Part shown: one piece after another, positions 19,461 to 29,484 of the stretch
Position numbering within the stretch: the first letter of the stretch is position 1
Layout of the letters: each line of letters opens with the position of its first letter
DNA from: an uncultured Alistipes sp.
GTDB lineage: Bacteria; Bacteroidota; Bacteroidia; Bacteroidales; Rikenellaceae
Reading direction: 5' to 3'
Length of the DNA: 64,000 bases
Assembly: GCA_947629705.1 (NCBI GenBank)
Contig: CANREN010000002.1
Coordinates: 15,514-79,513 of the forward strand
Notes under the pieces: model-generated
Seen by the model: the letters and a program-made list of their open reading frames with translations, nothing else
Told to the model about the DNA's origin: nothing
Database searches by the model: none
Translations under genes and position numbers: made by a program

Positions 19461-22325
19461 ATGAGCATGTTGCACAGAGGAGTGCTGGCCCTCGTTCTGG
19501 CCGTCGGCTGCGGCACGGTCGCAGCCCAGACGCCGCATCCGGAACGGATCTATCTCTCGGGAACCGGCATCGACGACACGAAAACGTGGGAGTTCCGCTG
19601 CACCGACGGCCAGAACAGCGGAGCATGGAAGAAGATCGAAGTGCCCTGCAACTGGGAGCTGCAAGGGTTCGGCGACTACACCTACGGACGCTGGTACACG
19701 GTGCGCGGCGCGCAGCCGAGCAGGGAAGAGGGCACCTACCGCTATCGGTTCGATGTCCCGAAGCAATGGAGCGGCCAGCGCGTACAGATTTGGTTCGACG
19801 GCGTGATGACCGACACCGAAGTCTTCATCAACGGCCGCTCCGCAGGCGAGCTCCATCAGGGCGGATTCTACCGGTTCGGCTACGACATTACGCCGCTGCT
19901 CCGGTTCGGAAGCCGCAACCTGTTAGAGGTCAAAGTGGCGAAACATTCGGCCAACTCATCCGTCAACGCCGCCGAACGCAAAGCCGACTGGTGGCTGTTC
20001 GGAGGCATCTACCGGCCCGTGTGGCTGGAGGTCGTACCCGAAGTGCACCTGCATCATTTCGTGCTCGACGGCCGGCAGGACGGAACGCTGCGCTGCCGGA
20101 CGGAACTCTCGGACAAAGCCGACGGCTACACGCTACGCCTGTCGATCAAGGATCTGGCCGACGGAACCCCGCTACACGACGCATCGGGCGCCGCGAGCGT
20201 AACCGTGCCGCTGAAAGAGGCCGTAACCCTTGCGGAAAGCCGCTGGGCCGAGGTGCAGCCCTGGACGCCCGAGACACCGCATCTCTATACGGTTCGGCTG
20301 GAGCTGTGCGACCCTGCGGGAAAGGTCGTCCAGACCCGCGAAGTCCGCACGGGCTTCCGCACGCTGGAATTTTTCCCGCAAGACGGACTCTATCTGAACG
20401 GCAAGAAATTAGTCGTGAAGGGCGTCAACCGCCACTCGTTCTCGGTCGAAGGAGGCCGTGCGACCAGTGCCGCGAGGAGCCGTCAGGATGCCGAACTCAT
20501 CCGCGGCATGAACATGAATGCCGTCCGCTCGCACTATCCGCCCGATGAGCATTTCCTGGATATGTGCGATTCGTTAGGGTTGCTCTACCTCAACGAATTA
20601 GCCGGCTGGCACGATGCCTACGACACGCAAGTCGGTGAAAAGCTGCTGTACGAAATGCTCGAACGCGACGTCAACCATCCCTGCATCATCCTTTGGGGCA
20701 ACGGCAACGAGGGCGGCTGGAACACGAAATTGGACAAGCGCTTCGCCGAACACGATCCGCTGCAACAACGGCATGTCATCCATCCGTGGGCCGATTTCGA
20801 CGCGTTGGACACCCACCACTATCCGGCCTATCTGACCGGCGTCGGACGTCTGGCGAACGGCTGCAAGGTCTTCCTGCCCACCGAGTTCATGCACGCCCTG
20901 TACGACCAGGGCGGCGGTGCCGGACTGCGCGATTTTTGGGATCGCTGGAACACCTCGCCCTACTTCGCCGGCGGGATGATCTGGGCCTTCTGCGACGAAG
21001 CCCCCATGCGTACCGACCGCGGCGGAGAGCTCGATTCCGACGGATCGAACGCGCCGGACGGCATCCTCGGCCCGCGCCGCGAAAAGGAGGGCAGCTATTA
21101 CGCCATCCGCGAACAATGGTCGCCGATCCAAATCCGACCGTTCGCCATCACCTCGCATTTCGACGGTTCGTTCCGCGTAACGAACGAATACATCTACACC
21201 GACCTCGATCGCTGCCGGATGAACTATCGCGTGCTCCGAACCCCGTCGCCGTTGCAGGGCGAAGCGAATCCCTTCGTCGTCGCCAGCGGCGAAGTGATTC
21301 TTCCGAATGCCGCCCCCGGTGAGACCCGCACGGCCCGTTTCGAACTGCCGAAAACCTTCTTTGAAGGCGATCTGCTGGAATTGGAGGCGTTCGGGCCCGA
21401 CGGACAAAGCATTTGCGAATGGAGCTGGCCGATTCGGCTGACAGCGCCCTATTTCGCCCGCGAATACAAGGCGGGAGCACCGGCCGGAACGGCCCGCGCG
21501 GAGCAGCACGACGGCAAAATCGAGCTGGCGAACGATGCGCTGCACGTTGCGTTCGATGCGGCGACCGGCATGTTGTGCGGCATCCGCAGGCACGACGGTA
21601 CGGAGATTCCGCTCACGAACGGCCCGGTGGCAGTCAGTATGAAGATGCGCTACGAACCGGCGAAAAGCACCGTCCGCAATACGCCGGAAGGAGCTGTCTA
21701 CTGCGCCCGCTACAGCGGAGGCGTCGACTCGATCGTCTGGCGGCTGACCGACGACGGCCTGCTCCGCATGAATGCCCTGCTGCTCAACCGAGCATCGGGC
21801 GGCCAAGGGTTCGACGATGCGTTCATGGACGACGAAGTCTACAATCTGGGGCTGACCTTCTCCTATCCCGAAACGGCTTGTACGGGAATGCGCTGGTTAG
21901 GCCGCGGCCCCTACCGGGTATGGAAAAACCGGCTGGCAGGCGCCCGCTACGGCATCTGGTACAAAGACTACAACGATACGACGACGGGCGCGGAATTCGA
22001 ACAGTTGGTCTATCCGGAGTTCAAAGGCTATCACGGGAATCTCTATTGGGCGACGCTCGAAAACCCGACCGCCCCGCTGACGGTCTATGCGTTGAGCGAC
22101 GGAGTTTTCCTGCGGCTGTTCACCCCGCGCGAACCGGCCGGAGGAGACGGCAAGAAGACGATGCCGGCATTTCCGGAAGGCGATCTTTCGTTTCTGTTAG
22201 ACATTCCCGCCATCCAGTCGTTCAAGCCCGTCAAACAGCAGGGCCCGAACAGCCAGCCCGGGAACATCCGCATCAAGCGCGGCGACGAAGGGTTGCATTT
22301 GGACGTAGTTTTCGACTTCCGATAA
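19461..22325 (+). CDS. Glycoside hydrolase family 2 (beta-galactosidase/beta-glucuronidase-like)
   Basis: 954-aa ORF with a signal peptide. GH2 TIM-barrel motifs NAVRSHYPP and NHPCIILWGNGNEGG are present, preceded by a sugar-binding N-terminal region. Confidence 0.85.
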   Translation: MSMLHRGVLALVLAVGCGTVAAQTPHPERIYLSGTGIDDTKTWEFRCTDGQNSGAWKKIEVPCNWELQGFGDYTYGRWYTVRGAQPSREEGTYRYRFDVPKQWSGQRVQIWFDGVMTDTEVFINGRSAGELHQGGFYRFGYDITPLLRFGSRNLLEVKVAKHSANSSVNAAERKADWWLFGGIYRPVWLEVVPEVHLHHFVLDGRQDGTLRCRTELSDKADGYTLRLSIKDLADGTPLHDASGAASVTVPLKEAVTLAESRWAEVQPWTPETPHLYTVRLELCDPAGKVVQTREVRTGFRTLEFFPQDGLYLNGKKLVVKGVNRHSFSVEGGRATSAARSRQDAELIRGMNMNAVRSHYPPDEHFLDMCDSLGLLYLNELAGWHDAYDTQVGEKLLYEMLERDVNHPCIILWGNGNEGGWNTKLDKRFAEHDPLQQRHVIHPWADFDALDTHHYPAYLTGVGRLANGCKVFLPTEFMHALYDQGGGAGLRDFWDRWNTSPYFAGGMIWAFCDEAPMRTDRGGELDSDGSNAPDGILGPRREKEGSYYAIREQWSPIQIRPFAITSHFDGSFRVTNEYIYTDLDRCRMNYRVLRTPSPLQGEANPFVVASGEVILPNAAPGETRTARFELPKTFFEGDLLELEAFGPDGQSICEWSWPIRLTAPYFAREYKAGAPAGTARAEQHDGKIELANDALHVAFDAATGMLCGIRRHDGTEIPLTNGPVAVSMKMRYEPAKSTVRNTPEGAVYCARYSGGVDSIVWRLTDDGLLRMNALLLNRASGGQGFDDAFMDDEVYNLGLTFSYPETACTGMRWLGRGPYRVWKNRLAGARYGIWYKDYNDTTTGAEFEQLVYPEFKGYHGNLYWATLENPTAPLTVYALSDGVFLRLFTPREPAGGDGKKTMPAFPEGDLSFLLDIPAIQSFKPVKQQGPNSQPGNIRIKRGDEGLHLDVVFDFR

Positions 22326-22388
22326 ACACGGCAGGCTCCTATCGACGCGACAGGCCCTTATTGCAGGGTGGAAAGGCTTCTCCGCTTT

Positions 22389-22641
22389 CCGAGCCGCAGC
22401 AAGGGGCGATCCGTTTGTGGCAGCGCAGAAAGCCTGCCGAGCCGCAGCAAGGGGCGATCCGTTTGTGGAAGCGCAGAAAGCCTGCCGAGCCGCAGCAAGG
22501 GGCGATCCGTTTGTGGAAGCGCGGAAAGCCTGCCGAGCTGCAGCAAGGGGCGATCCGTTTGTGGAAGCGCGGAAAGCCTGCCGAGCTGCAATAAGGGCCT
22601 CCGTTTGTGGAAGCGCGGAAAGCCTGCCGAGCTGTAATAAG
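22389..22641. repeat. 48-bp tandem repeat array, about 5.2 units
   Basis: Units start at 22389, 22437, 22485, 22533, 22581 and 22627 (partial). The consensus is ccgagc(c/t)gcagcaaggggcgatccgtttgtggaagcgc(a/g)gaaagcctg, and unit 5 carries a 2-nt deletion. The array lies between the GH2 stop and the bamD promoter. Confidence 0.9.
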
Positions 22642-22687
22642 AAGCTATCGCGCTAATAAAAATTTTGGAAATCGCATAATTTATGCG

Positions 22688-22695
22688 TACCTTTG
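22688..22695 (+). promoter_or_regulatory. -7 box TACCTTTG for bamD
   Basis: Exact TAnnTTTG match 29 nt upstream of ATG 22724. Confidence 0.5.
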
Positions 22696-22723
22696 CACGA
22701 TAAGCGCCGTAAACGAAACAGCG

Positions 22724-23542
22724 ATGAAAGTCTTCTTTCCACATCTTGTGTATGGGGCCTTGCTGGCAGCCTTGGCGAGCGGCTGTGCCGGTATCAACCA
22801 AGTGCTGCGATCCGGCAAACCCGATCAGATTTATGCGAAAGCCCTCGAATACTACGAAAAAGAGAAGTGGTCGCGTGCTTCGACCCTCTTCGAGGGAGCG
22901 GAACGCTACTATCACGGCACCACGCGCGAAGATACGATTTCGTTCTACAACGCCCGCTGCAAATTCAAAGAACGCGATTACGAGACGGCGGCCACCCTGT
23001 TAGATGACTTCCGCCGCAAATTCGGCCGCAGCGCTTTCATCGAGGATGCCGAAGGAATGTATGCGCTTTGCCACTTCTTCCTCTCGCCGGGCCCCACGCG
23101 CGACCAGACGCGAACGGGGCAGGCCCTGGTCGCCCTCAACGAATTCATGTCGCACTATCCCGACAGCGACCGCATCGAAGAGTTCGAAAAAATCAATAAG
23201 GAGCTGACCGAACGGCTGCACGAAAAAGCCTATCTGAACGCCTATACTTATTATAAGATCGGACGTTACAAGTCGGCGATCGTGGCGTTGAAAAATGCGT
23301 TGAAACTCTATCCCGAAAGCAAATACCGCGAGGAGATCATGTACCTTATCGTGGACTCCGGATACCGATTAGCCAGCAACTCCGTCGCCGAAAAGCAGAC
23401 CGACCGCTACCTCTCCATGCTCGACTCCTACCTGTCGTTCAAGGAGGCCTATCCCGAATCGAAGCACCTCAAGGAGGTCGAACGGATGGCCGAACACGCC
23501 CGCGACTACCTCGCACGCAACAAATCCGATAACAATAGTTGA
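22724..23542 (+). CDS. bamD: Outer membrane protein assembly factor BamD (YfiO-like lipoprotein)
   Basis: The start is set at MKVFFPHLVYGALLAALASGC (lipobox). It has TPR-like helical repeats and is about 270 aa long. The bamD-rpoZ-coaBC-recN gene order is typical of Bacteroidota. Confidence 0.75.
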   Translation: MKVFFPHLVYGALLAALASGCAGINQVLRSGKPDQIYAKALEYYEKEKWSRASTLFEGAERYYHGTTREDTISFYNARCKFKERDYETAATLLDDFRRKFGRSAFIEDAEGMYALCHFFLSPGPTRDQTRTGQALVALNEFMSHYPDSDRIEEFEKINKELTERLHEKAYLNAYTYYKIGRYKSAIVALKNALKLYPESKYREEIMYLIVDSGYRLASNSVAEKQTDRYLSMLDSYLSFKEAYPESKHLKEVERMAEHARDYLARNKSDNNS

Positions 23543-23550
23543 GAAATACG

Positions 23551-23880
23551 ATGGAAATCAAGAAGAACATTCCGAACAACACCATTACGCGCAAGCTCGT
23601 AGACCTGGACCGCGAAACGGGCAACATCTACGAGACGGTCAACATCCTCGCCCGTCGGGCCAACCAGATCTCCTCGGAGCTGAAAACCGAGCTCAACCGC
23701 AAATTAGCCGATTTTTCGTCGCCGGCCGACACGACGATGGAGGAGACTTTCGAAAATCGCGAGCAGATCGAAATTTCGCGCTACTACGAACGGCTGCCCA
23801 AACCGACCATCATCGCGACCGAGGAGTTCCTCGATCACGAGCTGCAATACCGGATGGCCGAACCCGCCAAAAAAGAGTAA
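23551..23880 (+). CDS. rpoZ: RNA polymerase omega subunit-like protein
   Basis: 109-aa ORF. The segment NIYETVNILARRANQI resembles the conserved omega/Rpb6 helix. An alternative TTG start lies at 23539. Confidence 0.5.
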   Translation: MEIKKNIPNNTITRKLVDLDRETGNIYETVNILARRANQISSELKTELNRKLADFSSPADTTMEETFENREQIEISRYYERLPKPTIIATEEFLDHELQYRMAEPAKKE

Positions 23881-23917
23881 CGCCGCCCGAAAGCAGCGTA
23901 TTCCGCATCGTACGGAT

Positions 23918-25171
23918 ATGGAACGGAACGAGTTGGCTGCCGACCTGAAAGGGCGTCGCATCCTGTTGGGCGTTACCGGAAGTATCGCCGCATACAAGGC
24001 CGCACAACTGTGCCGGCTGTTGGTTACGGCGGGTGCCGAAGTGCAGGTGGTGATGACACCGCTCGCCAAACAGTTCATCACGCCGCTGACGATGGCCACC
24101 CTGTCGAAACATCCGATTCGGGTCGAATTTTTCGATCCCGAAAACGGCGCGTGGCATTCGCACGTCGCGTTGGGCGAATGGGCCGACTGCTATCTGATCG
24201 CTCCCGCAACGGCCAATACGCTGGCCAAAATGGCCGCAGGCATCGCCGACAATCTGCTGTTGACGACCTATCTTTCAGCCCGCTGTCCGGTCGTCGTCGC
24301 TCCGGCGATGGATTTGGACATGTATGCGCACGCGGCCACGCAGCAAAACCTGCGGACGCTCGCCGAACGGCATGTCCGCATCGTCGAACCGGCCGAAGGC
24401 GAGTTGGCGAGCGGGCTGCATGGCAAGGGGCGGATGGCCGAACCCGAAACGATCGCCGCCTTCGTCGGCGAGCTGCTCACCGAAAAAAAAAAGACGCTGC
24501 AAGGTAAACGCTTCGTCGTAACGGCAGGCGCCACGATCGAAGCGATCGACCCCGTGCGATTCCTTTCGAATCACTCGTCGGGCAAGATGGGCTATGCTAT
24601 CGCCGGAGAGCTGGCCCGGCGCGGTGCCGAGGTAACGTTGGTCAGCGGCCGCACGTCGCTCGACGTTCCGACCGGTGTCGAACGGGTCGGCGTGCTGTCG
24701 GCCGATGAGATGTACGACGCTGCGGTCGAGGCCTTCAAACAGGCCGACGGAGCGGTCATGTGCGCCGCCGTCGCAGACTACACCCCCGCCGAAGTAGCCG
24801 ACCGGAAGCTGCAAAAAGGCGACGGCGAGCTGACCCTCGCGTTGAAGCGCACGCGCGATATTGCGGCCGCATTGGGCGCCGGCAAAGGCGACCGGCTGCT
24901 GGTCGGATTCGCCCTGGAAACGCACGACGAACAGGCTCACGCCGAAGCCAAACTGCACAAAAAGAACTTCGACTTCATCGTGCTGAACTCGCTGCGGGAT
25001 GCGGGTGCGGGATTCCGCGGCGACACGAACAAAGTCAGCTTCATCGACCGCTCGGGCCGCGAAGAGCTCCCGCTATTGAGCAAAACGGAGGTCGCGAGCC
25101 GCATCGCCGATAAAATCGAAAACCACCTACGGGCATGTTACGCCGCCTCACAGTCGAAAACTATGCGCTGA
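23918..25171 (+). CDS. coaBC: Bifunctional phosphopantothenoylcysteine decarboxylase/synthetase
   Basis: 417-aa ORF. It has an N-terminal flavoprotein motif LLGVTGSIAAYKA and a C-terminal CoaB-like domain (FLSNHSSGKMG). Confidence 0.9.
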   Translation: MERNELAADLKGRRILLGVTGSIAAYKAAQLCRLLVTAGAEVQVVMTPLAKQFITPLTMATLSKHPIRVEFFDPENGAWHSHVALGEWADCYLIAPATANTLAKMAAGIADNLLLTTYLSARCPVVVAPAMDLDMYAHAATQQNLRTLAERHVRIVEPAEGELASGLHGKGRMAEPETIAAFVGELLTEKKKTLQGKRFVVTAGATIEAIDPVRFLSNHSSGKMGYAIAGELARRGAEVTLVSGRTSLDVPTGVERVGVLSADEMYDAAVEAFKQADGAVMCAAVADYTPAEVADRKLQKGDGELTLALKRTRDIAAALGAGKGDRLLVGFALETHDEQAHAEAKLHKKNFDFIVLNSLRDAGAGFRGDTNKVSFIDRSGREELPLLSKTEVASRIADKIENHLRACYAASQSKTMR

Positions 25172-26790
25172 TCGACCGGCTTCAATTAGAGCTGGACGCC
25201 CGCCTGAATATCATCACGGGCGAAACAGGTGCGGGCAAGTCGATCCTGCTCGGCGCGCTCGGGCTGCTGCTCGGCGCGAAGAACGACAGTGCGGCCATGA
25301 AAGATACGGCCCGCAACTGTCGGATCGAAGGGGTATTCGATCTGACGGGGCTCGGACTGGAGCCGTTTTTCGAGGAGAACGATTTAGACTATGCCGCCGA
25401 GACGACCCTCACGCGCATCATCACGCCCGCAGGCAAGAGCCGCGCATTCGTCAACGATCTGCCGGTGCAGTTGCAGCTGCTGCGCGAATTGGGCACCCGG
25501 TTGGTCGACATCCATTCGCAACACCAGAATCTGATTCTTTCGTCGGAGGATTTCCGCATTTCGGCGCTCGACACGATGGCCGGAAACAGCGCCCTGCTCC
25601 CCCGCTACGCTGCGGCCTACACCCGTATGCAGGAGCTGCGGCGCAAGGTCGCCGCGCTGCGCGAAGCGGCCGAAGCGAGCCGCCGCGACGAGGAGTGGCT
25701 CCGTTATCAGAACGAAGAGCTCACGGCCGCCGCGCTGCGGAAGGGCGAGCAATCCGAAATCGAAGCGGAATTGACGGTGCTGGAACACGCCGATCGCATC
25801 GGCGAAACATTCATTCATTTGCGAAATGCGTTAGAGACCGATGAGGTAGGCATTCTGACGCTCCTGCGCAACTCCGAAAACGAACTCGCCCGTCTCGGGG
25901 CCGACTATCCGGCCGCTGCGGACTATGCCGCCCGACTGCATGCCGTCGTCGAGGAACTGAAAGACATCGACGCTTCGGTTACGGCCGACGGACAACGCAT
26001 CGACGCCGATCCCGCACGGCTGCAAAAACTCACGAACCGGCTGGATCTGCTGCTCTCGCTGCAACAAAAGCACCGCGCAGCGGACGAAGCGGCATTGATC
26101 GCCGTCCGCGACGATTATACTGCCCGATTATCGGCGATCGCCCACAGCGACGAAGCGATCGCCGCAGCCGAAAAAGAGCTGCAAACGGCCGAAAAAGAGG
26201 CACGAACGCTGGCGAAACAGCTGCACGACGCCCGTGCGGAACAGGCTCCGAAGTTTGCCGGACGCATTCTCGAAACCCTCGTCCAGTTGGGTATGCCCGA
26301 CACGGTTTTCCGCGTGGAGCTGACCCCGAGCGAGACATTGGGACGCACGGGCAGCGACGCAGCGGCGTTTCTCTTCACGGCGAACAAGAATCGGGAGCCG
26401 CAGCCGGTGGAACGGATCGCCTCGGGCGGCGAGTTGTCGCGCGTGATGCTCTCGATCAAAGCCCTGTTAGCCGAACGGATGCAGCTGCCGACCATTCTGT
26501 TCGACGAGATCGACACGGGCGTTTCGGGACGCATCGCCGATGCGATGGGCGAAATCATCGCCCGGCTCTCGGAGACGATGCAGGTGGTCGACATCACGCA
26601 CCTGCCGCAGGTCGCCTCGAAAGGCACGGCCCATTTCGTGGTATACAAGCACGAAGGGCACACCGGCCTCACCCGTCTGACCGAAGACGAGCGCGTCGAC
26701 GAGATCGCCAAGATGCTTTCGGGCAGCCGCATCACCGATGCAGCGCTGGCACAGGCCCGGATTCTGTTAGGACGGGGAAAAGAGCCTTGA
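25135..26790 (+). CDS. recN: DNA repair protein RecN
   Basis: 551-aa ORF with Walker A GETGAGKSIL, a long coiled coil, signature SGGELSRVML and Walker B ILFDEIDTG. Confidence 0.9.
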   Translation: MLRRLTVENYALIDRLQLELDARLNIITGETGAGKSILLGALGLLLGAKNDSAAMKDTARNCRIEGVFDLTGLGLEPFFEENDLDYAAETTLTRIITPAGKSRAFVNDLPVQLQLLRELGTRLVDIHSQHQNLILSSEDFRISALDTMAGNSALLPRYAAAYTRMQELRRKVAALREAAEASRRDEEWLRYQNEELTAAALRKGEQSEIEAELTVLEHADRIGETFIHLRNALETDEVGILTLLRNSENELARLGADYPAAADYAARLHAVVEELKDIDASVTADGQRIDADPARLQKLTNRLDLLLSLQQKHRAADEAALIAVRDDYTARLSAIAHSDEAIAAAEKELQTAEKEARTLAKQLHDARAEQAPKFAGRILETLVQLGMPDTVFRVELTPSETLGRTGSDAAAFLFTANKNREPQPVERIASGGELSRVMLSIKALLAERMQLPTILFDEIDTGVSGRIADAMGEIIARLSETMQVVDITHLPQVASKGTAHFVVYKHEGHTGLTRLTEDERVDEIAKMLSGSRITDAALAQARILLGRGKEP

Positions 26791-26829
26791 TTCCTATAAA
26801 TGCGGCACGCAGCCTCTTCCTAACCGATT

Positions 26830-27336
26830 CTAAACGAGCTGCAACGAAGATTCGCCGCAATTTTCCCGTTCGAATCGCAACAACCTCGATTTGATCGCCA
26901 ATCCGCCGGCATAACCGGTCAGACGACCGTCGGCCCCGACGACCCGATGACAAGGGATGATGATCGGAATGGGATTGCAATGATTCGCCATCCCCACGGC
27001 CCGACAAGCCGCAGGGCGTTCCACCGCGCAAGCGATGTCGCGATAAGTGCATGTCGCACCATAAGGAATCGCCTGCAACGCCCGCCAGACCTGCTGCCGG
27101 AACGGCGTGCCGACCGGCGCGAGCGGCACGGTGAAGCTCCGACGCTCACCGGCGAAAAACTCCTCCAACTCCCGTACCGCCTGCCGCAACACCTGCGGCC
27201 CGACGGAACCGATCGGGCCGGTCCATGCGGCATCGTCCGGAACCCGATCGCCGAAGCGGATGGCCGTAACGCCCGATTCGTCGGAAACGACGGTCAACGG
27301 GCCGACAAGCGAGTCGATGCGACAGGAAAAGGTCAT
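26830..27336 (-). CDS. ogt: Methylated-DNA--protein-cysteine methyltransferase
   Basis: 168-aa ORF with the active-site motif IPCHRVV and a preceding helix-turn-helix region (IPYGATCTYRDIA). Confidence 0.85.
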   Translation of the reverse strand: MTFSCRIDSLVGPLTVVSDESGVTAIRFGDRVPDDAAWTGPIGSVGPQVLRQAVRELEEFFAGERRSFTVPLAPVGTPFRQQVWRALQAIPYGATCTYRDIACAVERPAACRAVGMANHCNPIPIIIPCHRVVGADGRLTGYAGGLAIKSRLLRFERENCGESSLQLV

Positions 27337-27339
27337 CGC

Positions 27340-29484
27340 TCAAAGATGCTCCAGCGTGTAATCGATCATCTTCTGCCGCACGGCCTGCATCGCGTCGGGA
27401 CGCATCGAATGATTCTGATCGGGATAGACCATCATGTCATAGCGTTTGCCGCAGCGATTGAGCACGCGGGCCATCTCGACCGTATGCTGGAAATGGACGT
27501 TGTCGTCCGCCGTGCCGTGGATCAACAGCAGCCGCGTCTTCCGGTCGTCGAACATCCGCGCGAAGTTGAGCGGCGAATAGTCGTCGTAACCGGCGGCATT
27601 GTACTGCGGCAGGCCGTTATAGATTTCGGTATAGATGGTATCGTAGAACCGCCACGAAGTAACGGGCGCCACGGCAATCGCCATCCGGAACAATCCGTGT
27701 CCCTTCAGTGCGCAGCTCAATGCCATGAATCCGCCGTAAGACCAGCCGTAAATGCCGATGCGGTCGGGATCGACATAGGGCTGCGCCGCCATGTAACGTG
27801 CGAACGACAATTGGTCTTCGGTCTCTATGGCCCCCATACGCCCGTAGGTCGATTTCTTGAACGCCTCGCCGCGGAATCCCGTTCCGCGACCGTCGGCGCA
27901 GACGACGATATATCCCTTGTCGGCCAGCGCATCCTCCCAATCCAACGACCATTTGTCCTGCACGGACTGCGACCCGGGGCCGGAATACTGCGTCAACAAG
28001 ACCGGATAGCGTTTCGACGGATCGAAATCGCGCGGCCGAATCATATAAGCGTTCAGCGTATCGCCGCGCTCGGTCGCAAAGGTGAAGAACTCCTTAACGG
28101 GGCGCTGCGAGGCGGCCCATTCGGCGGCCAGCTCGCGGCTGTCGGCCAACGTGCGCACCGGTTCGCCCGAGCCCTTGCAGATGACGATCCGGTTGGGCGT
28201 CCGTGCATTGGAAAAGGTCGTGAGCAGATAGTTCATGCCGGCGCTTCCGACCGCCGAATAAAAACCGTCGTCGGCCGTAAGGCGGCGTTTGCCCCTGCCG
28301 TCCAACCCCACGCAATAGAGATTCCGGCGCAGCGGCGACGTCTCGGTCGAAAGGAACCACACCCGCTTGCCGTCGGTGCCGACGACCTCGGTTACCTCCC
28401 ACGAGCCCTTGGTCAACTGGGCGAGCAGGCCGCGGCGGATGCTGTACAGATAGAGGTGCATGTAGCCCGTATGCCCCTCCTGACGCACGATGAACCGGTC
28501 GTTATCGACGAACGTAATCGTCCCGTCGTCGACCCGTTCGACATACTGCTGCGCCCCCTCGGAGTAGGCCGTGCGCTGCGCGCCGTGCGGCTCGCAGACG
28601 ATCATCTCGAAGTGATTCTGCAATCGGTTGAGCCGGTAAAACCACAGTCGGCCGTCGGGCGTGAAGCCGATGCGAGGAATATACTGATCCGTCTCGGGGC
28701 CCGTGTCGATGCGTTCGCGCCGGCCCGTAGCGAGGTCGCAAACCCACAGCTCGACCGTCGAATTGCGCTCGCCCGCCTTGGGATATTTGAACGAAAAGGC
28801 TCGATTGTACAACTTGCCGTCGTAGCGCATCAGCTCCATCATCGGCACCTCGCGTTCGTCGAAGCGCAAATAAGCCAACCGGCGGCTGTCGGGCGAAAAG
28901 GCGTAGGCCCGCGTAAAGCCGAACTCCTCTTCGTAGACCCAATCGGTCGTCCCGTTGATCACGGCGTTCCACTCGCCGTCGTCGGTGATGCGGCGGGTGG
29001 ACTGCCGCTCCGAATCGTAAACGTAAAGGTCGTTATGATCGGAGTAGACGATCATCCGGCCGTCGGGCGAAAACGAAGCGTCGCGCGGCTGACGGGCCTC
29101 GGGCAACGCCGGAGCGACCTTGCCGTCCTGCACGAGATAATAGGTCGTCGTATAGGAGTGCCGGTAGATCGGCGTCCGCCCCGAGGCGAGCAAAATCCGC
29201 TCTCCGTCGGGCGAAAGGGCATAATCGTCGACTTTCGGAGCCCCCGCCGGCAAAAGCGGTTCGCCGGCCGCCTCGCTGTCGTAACGGTAACGCAAAATCC
29301 CCCCGTCGGTCAATACGGTATAATGTTCCCCGTCGGCCATCGACCGGATGCCGCTGACGTGCGCGTTCAACGACTGCAACCGTGCGATTTCGGCGAACTC
29401 GTTTTGAGCCGAAGCAGCCATCGGCGCCCCCGCGAGGGCCAACCCCCCGATCGCCCCCATCGAAAAAAATCGTTTCATCTTCAA
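27340..29484 (-). CDS. Dipeptidyl peptidase IV family serine peptidase (S9B)
   Basis: 714-aa ORF with a signal peptide, the beta-propeller motif DWVYEEEF and the nucleophile elbow GWSYGG. Asp and His regions lie near the C-terminus. Confidence 0.85.
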   Translation of the reverse strand: MKMKRFFSMGAIGGLALAGAPMAASAQNEFAEIARLQSLNAHVSGIRSMADGEHYTVLTDGGILRYRYDSEAAGEPLLPAGAPKVDDYALSPDGERILLASGRTPIYRHSYTTTYYLVQDGKVAPALPEARQPRDASFSPDGRMIVYSDHNDLYVYDSERQSTRRITDDGEWNAVINGTTDWVYEEEFGFTRAYAFSPDSRRLAYLRFDEREVPMMELMRYDGKLYNRAFSFKYPKAGERNSTVELWVCDLATGRRERIDTGPETDQYIPRIGFTPDGRLWFYRLNRLQNHFEMIVCEPHGAQRTAYSEGAQQYVERVDDGTITFVDNDRFIVRQEGHTGYMHLYLYSIRRGLLAQLTKGSWEVTEVVGTDGKRVWFLSTETSPLRRNLYCVGLDGRGKRRLTADDGFYSAVGSAGMNYLLTTFSNARTPNRIVICKGSGEPVRTLADSRELAAEWAASQRPVKEFFTFATERGDTLNAYMIRPRDFDPSKRYPVLLTQYSGPGSQSVQDKWSLDWEDALADKGYIVVCADGRGTGFRGEAFKKSTYGRMGAIETEDQLSFARYMAAQPYVDPDRIGIYGWSYGGFMALSCALKGHGLFRMAIAVAPVTSWRFYDTIYTEIYNGLPQYNAAGYDDYSPLNFARMFDDRKTRLLLIHGTADDNVHFQHTVEMARVLNRCGKRYDMMVYPDQNHSMRPDAMQAVRQKMIDYTLEHL

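Noticed and set aside
22389-22641. Considered whether the 48-bp array is a CRISPR array.
   Set aside because: The units are directly contiguous with no unique spacers. No cas genes or leader are in the window, and the repeat length is outside the usual CRISPR range.
24483-24492. A10 run inside coaBC as a possible slippage site.
   Set aside because: It encodes a Lys-rich linker (EKKKT) between the two domains of an essential enzyme. There is no alternative frame of interest, so it is most likely just coding sequence.
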